A stretch of 64,000 nt of DNA from Camelus dromedarius (lineage: Eukaryota). Under the pieces are notes generated by a model. That model was not told the DNA's origin. It saw only the letters and a list, made by a program, of their open reading frames with translations, and did no database searches. Both the position numbers and the translations under genes were made by a program. The stretch is from assembly GCF_036321535.1 (NCBI RefSeq), contig NC_087442.1, positions 42,904,001 through 42,968,000 of the forward strand, read 5' to 3'. Positions 61,001-64,000 of the stretch are shown here, piece by piece (the stretch's first letter is position 1; each line of letters starts with the position of its first letter).

Positions 61001-64000
61001 AAGGGACAATATGACAACATGGAATTATAAAGACTTTATAAAGATTTTAGGTTAGAGGATTTTAAAATATTATGAAAGGAACAGTACCTTCAAGTTTGGA
61101 AATTCTTTTGGTTGCTACAATAACGAAAAGGCTTTGGTTTGTCACGGAAATACTTTTTCATGCAGTGACACTCTCCCCCTAACCCCTACCCCATCAAAAT
61201 ATAGGATGAATTATTAGTTGACTTTAAAAGGCCACGTAAGGAATTTAAAGCAGTTTTGCTTTTGGTCTTGAATCTAGTTGACTACAAGAATAAAAGGGAC
61301 AAGAAAATGTGGAACCAGAAGTAAAAACCAGAAGTTTTAAACCTTCAAAAATAACTTCCTTGAAAGATTAAAAACAGCCAAAGTGTATCTTTTTAGCTAT
61401 ATGGTTGACGTATGAGTATATAGGACAGTTTTACATATGTTTACTCTTTTAACTCATTTTAAAATTTTTATTTTCAAAAATAAATTATTTGGTTAAATGT
61501 GCTTTTGCAACTTTTTAAATACCAAAAATCGGCCTTTACAGTAATACTGAGTTTCAGTGTGCACGTATACTTTTTTAAAGAATGTTTATAGTATTCAACG
61601 TTAAGATTTACGACTAACAGTGTATCAAAGTTTATTGCCCAATAATAATAAAGTACAGCATTTAGTCTAATTTGACATTACAGCTATCATTCATTGTATG
61701 TTTTACTGAAAGAATTATAGTGTATTGGGAATTGATGGTTTTTATCCTGTCATATTTTTAACCCCTCTCAATAAACACAATTCTTCAGTCATATTAAGAG
61801 AACTCTGTCCCAGCAGCTTTTATAGAAGGCCTTTAAGAGCAGTGTGGGTTACGTGAGTGTGCATCTGTGTCTTTTAATAGTTTCATTCTAAAGATAATTC
61901 TGTGAAAGATACTTTCTATACCTAATTCAGATTATGTTAAAAAAAGAAATAAATGAACAAACAAACTCATACTCCTCATAGTTTAAGTATAAAACACAGG
62001 TTTCATTGAAAGCCATAAGAAAATCTGATGTTTGTGACATTTTGCTTTATCAAATTTTCTCTGAATTTTGTAAAGATCAGGTATGCTGAAATGCAAAATG
62101 CTAGTATATATTTGGAAAAAAAAAGCGAACGTCACCTAACCTTGGTTTTGCACATGCTAAGAGTGAGAATTTCAAGTGTTCAGTGTTAAGTGTCTGGTTT
62201 CATACTCATAGATTTCTAGCTCCAAACATGATTGGCAGCCGTTTGGAAAGGAGAGTGAAGGGTAAGTAGGCTCTTCTTCCCCTTCTATTGGTGGGTTCTG
62301 CAGGAAAACAACAAACCAGCATTCTGTTACTACAGCTCAGAACACTGAGGAACAGCCTTGTACCAGTTCCCAGGTTATTTTGGAAGTTGTATGTGAAGCT
62401 TCTTTCATTTCAGTTTGTTCTTATTCTAAAGATTCCCAGCTTGTTGTCTACCAAACCGTTTCCAGAAATGCTTACTAGATGGATTGCTGTGAAATGAAAG
62501 GATAGAAAAGGCAGAGTAGAGAATACTGGCCAGAAATTTAAGGAAGAAAAAAAAATTTTTAAGGAGATTTTGACCCTGATTTTTATTGGGGTAGAGTTCC
62601 AAGGGAACAGTGATTATTGCTGGTCAGAAAATTGTCCAACTAGGTAGTGATGAAAATTGCAATTTAGCCAAATCTTATTTTTGTGTGGTTTTGCTCTCTT
62701 TTCCTATTGTTGGTTGTATTAGAAGGGACCTTTAGTGGGTCATCTGATTATGGCAAGGTCAAGGTTAGCTTTGCCTGACTTGAGTGATGTTATCTTTTCT
62801 AACCGCAGTGGCCTATGATAATGAGATTCTTCATCAGGAAAAAATGAGCAATTCTGGATCTTTATCTGTGCATCAGTTTTAAGTGGTGATGTGTGTTTTG
62901 AAGATTGAGGTTGTGACTTTAAAAGGGTGAACTGGTACTTCAGGAAATATGCTAATGTGAACATATGACAGTGCTTTCATGAGGGGGAGGTGGTACAGGA
63001 AAACTAGTAATGAGGGCGAAGAATAATAAGGGACTTAAAAGAACAATACCTATTTCTGTTTTGTTGTTGAAGGGCGAGAACTCGGGAGTTTGTATGTATT
63101 GTCAATTATATGTAGATGTAAAGTTAACAGTAGTAGAAAAACAGCTCTATAATGATACTTTTGATGTCCGTGCTGAGAACCCCTTGTTAAGTGTATTTGC
63201 AGTACAGTTGAACACCGGAATAGACTTCAAATAAATTCCAAAATAAGGGGTTGTTGACTTCTATTTTAATTTGTAGTATGTGTCATGTGGATATGAGGTT
63301 GACAACTGGGGAGTGAATTTTGGAAAAAAGTACTGTGAAAATGAGCTGTTTGTGATTTCATGCCCTAACCATTTACTATTTCCCATTTATTTTCCACTGA
63401 GAATCATAAACGTGCATCTGTGTGGATGTGCGTCTTTGGCTCTCCTCCCCTACGCTGCCAAAACAAAATCTCAGCATCTAAGAAACAAGAGGTTATTTTT
63501 CTCTGTTATATCCTCTACATCTTACAGTTACTTAAACTCTGAATTTTTTTCCATTGGCAATAAAAATAAAGGTGATATACCTACCTATGTCTGAATTTTA
63601 AATGTTGAGTTTTTTACATGACAATACCACAGTGTACATAGTTACAAAGAAAGGAACAGCAAGCATCTACTTATGATTTTTTTCTGCAAACCTTTTCTGA
63701 GGAAAAACTTTTCTCAAACCTCCCCCTAAAAAAAAACCCCCTGATCTTATGAGTAATTGCTATTTAATTTTATTTGCATTATTATCCTTCCTCCAGCTTA
63801 ATTTTAATTATAATTTAAAAAACTAATACAAATTATAAATGTAAAGAATTCAAAATAATGAAAAATTTATCTAATTGCATCTGATTTTTTTTCTGTCTTT
63901 ATTGAAATTCCTTTAAGTTCCTTCCTTTTAACTGTACTTTGAACTGAATCCAAGGATGACATTTAATTAACTTTTTTTCCTCTGAACCCCAAACCACAGC

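Larger units (their letters stand above)
48340..64000 (+). other. HIBADH: HIBADH intron 4 (5' part; exons 5-8 lie beyond the window)
   Basis: No sequence encoding the expected continuation (GVGAARSGNLTFMVGG...) was seen in the rest of the window, though the 500-N gap cannot be inspected. Intron 4 is known to be very large in human and mouse. Confidence 0.85.

Noticed and set aside
1-64000. A novel self-contained biological system (operon, defence locus, CRISPR, intact retrovirus or transposase)
   Set aside because: No intact ORF other than the HIBADH exons, and no repeat-spacer array or complete autonomous element, is visible. The leads reported are splicing and regulatory hypotheses only.

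Overview
This is mammalian genomic DNA from a draft short-read assembly with four N-gaps, and it is very likely camelid (alpaca, llama or camel). The evidence is five Vic-1-type tRNA-derived SINEs and no Alu, Bov-A/BovB or PRE-1 elements. The only protein-coding gene I can support is the 5' half of HIBADH (mitochondrial 3-hydroxyisobutyrate dehydrogenase, valine catabolism) on the + strand. It has a CpG-island promoter (~29.56-30.72 kb) and coding exons 1-4 (30076-30166, 37952-38112, 45666-45775, 48218-48339). These exons total 484 nt, i.e. codons 1-161 plus 1 nt, with GT-AG junctions in matching phases. Intron 4 runs off the end of the window. The first ~29.5 kb is transposon-rich intergenic DNA (MLT1/MER21/ERV1 LTRs, L1, L2, MIR, hAT and Tigger elements). 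Nearly all other entries in the ORF track are chance, repeat-derived or N-gap artefacts. I found no CRISPR array, rRNA, true tRNA or prokaryote-type system, and nothing that shows a new biological system directly. The best leads are all inferences that need RNA or chromatin data: (1) a 51-nt in-frame cryptic cassette exon in intron 4 with a duplicated donor; (2) a spliced divergent lncRNA model that ends at an LTR poly(A) signal; (3) homeodomain-motif-rich, TE-poor intron-4 blocks and a palindromic CTCF motif, in a locus known to host long-range HOXA enhancers; (4) a ~110-bp old duplication in intron 3; (5) a purine-rich exon 2 acceptor. Repeat family names come from my recollection of consensus sequences, and repeat boundaries without a stated TSD are approximate.
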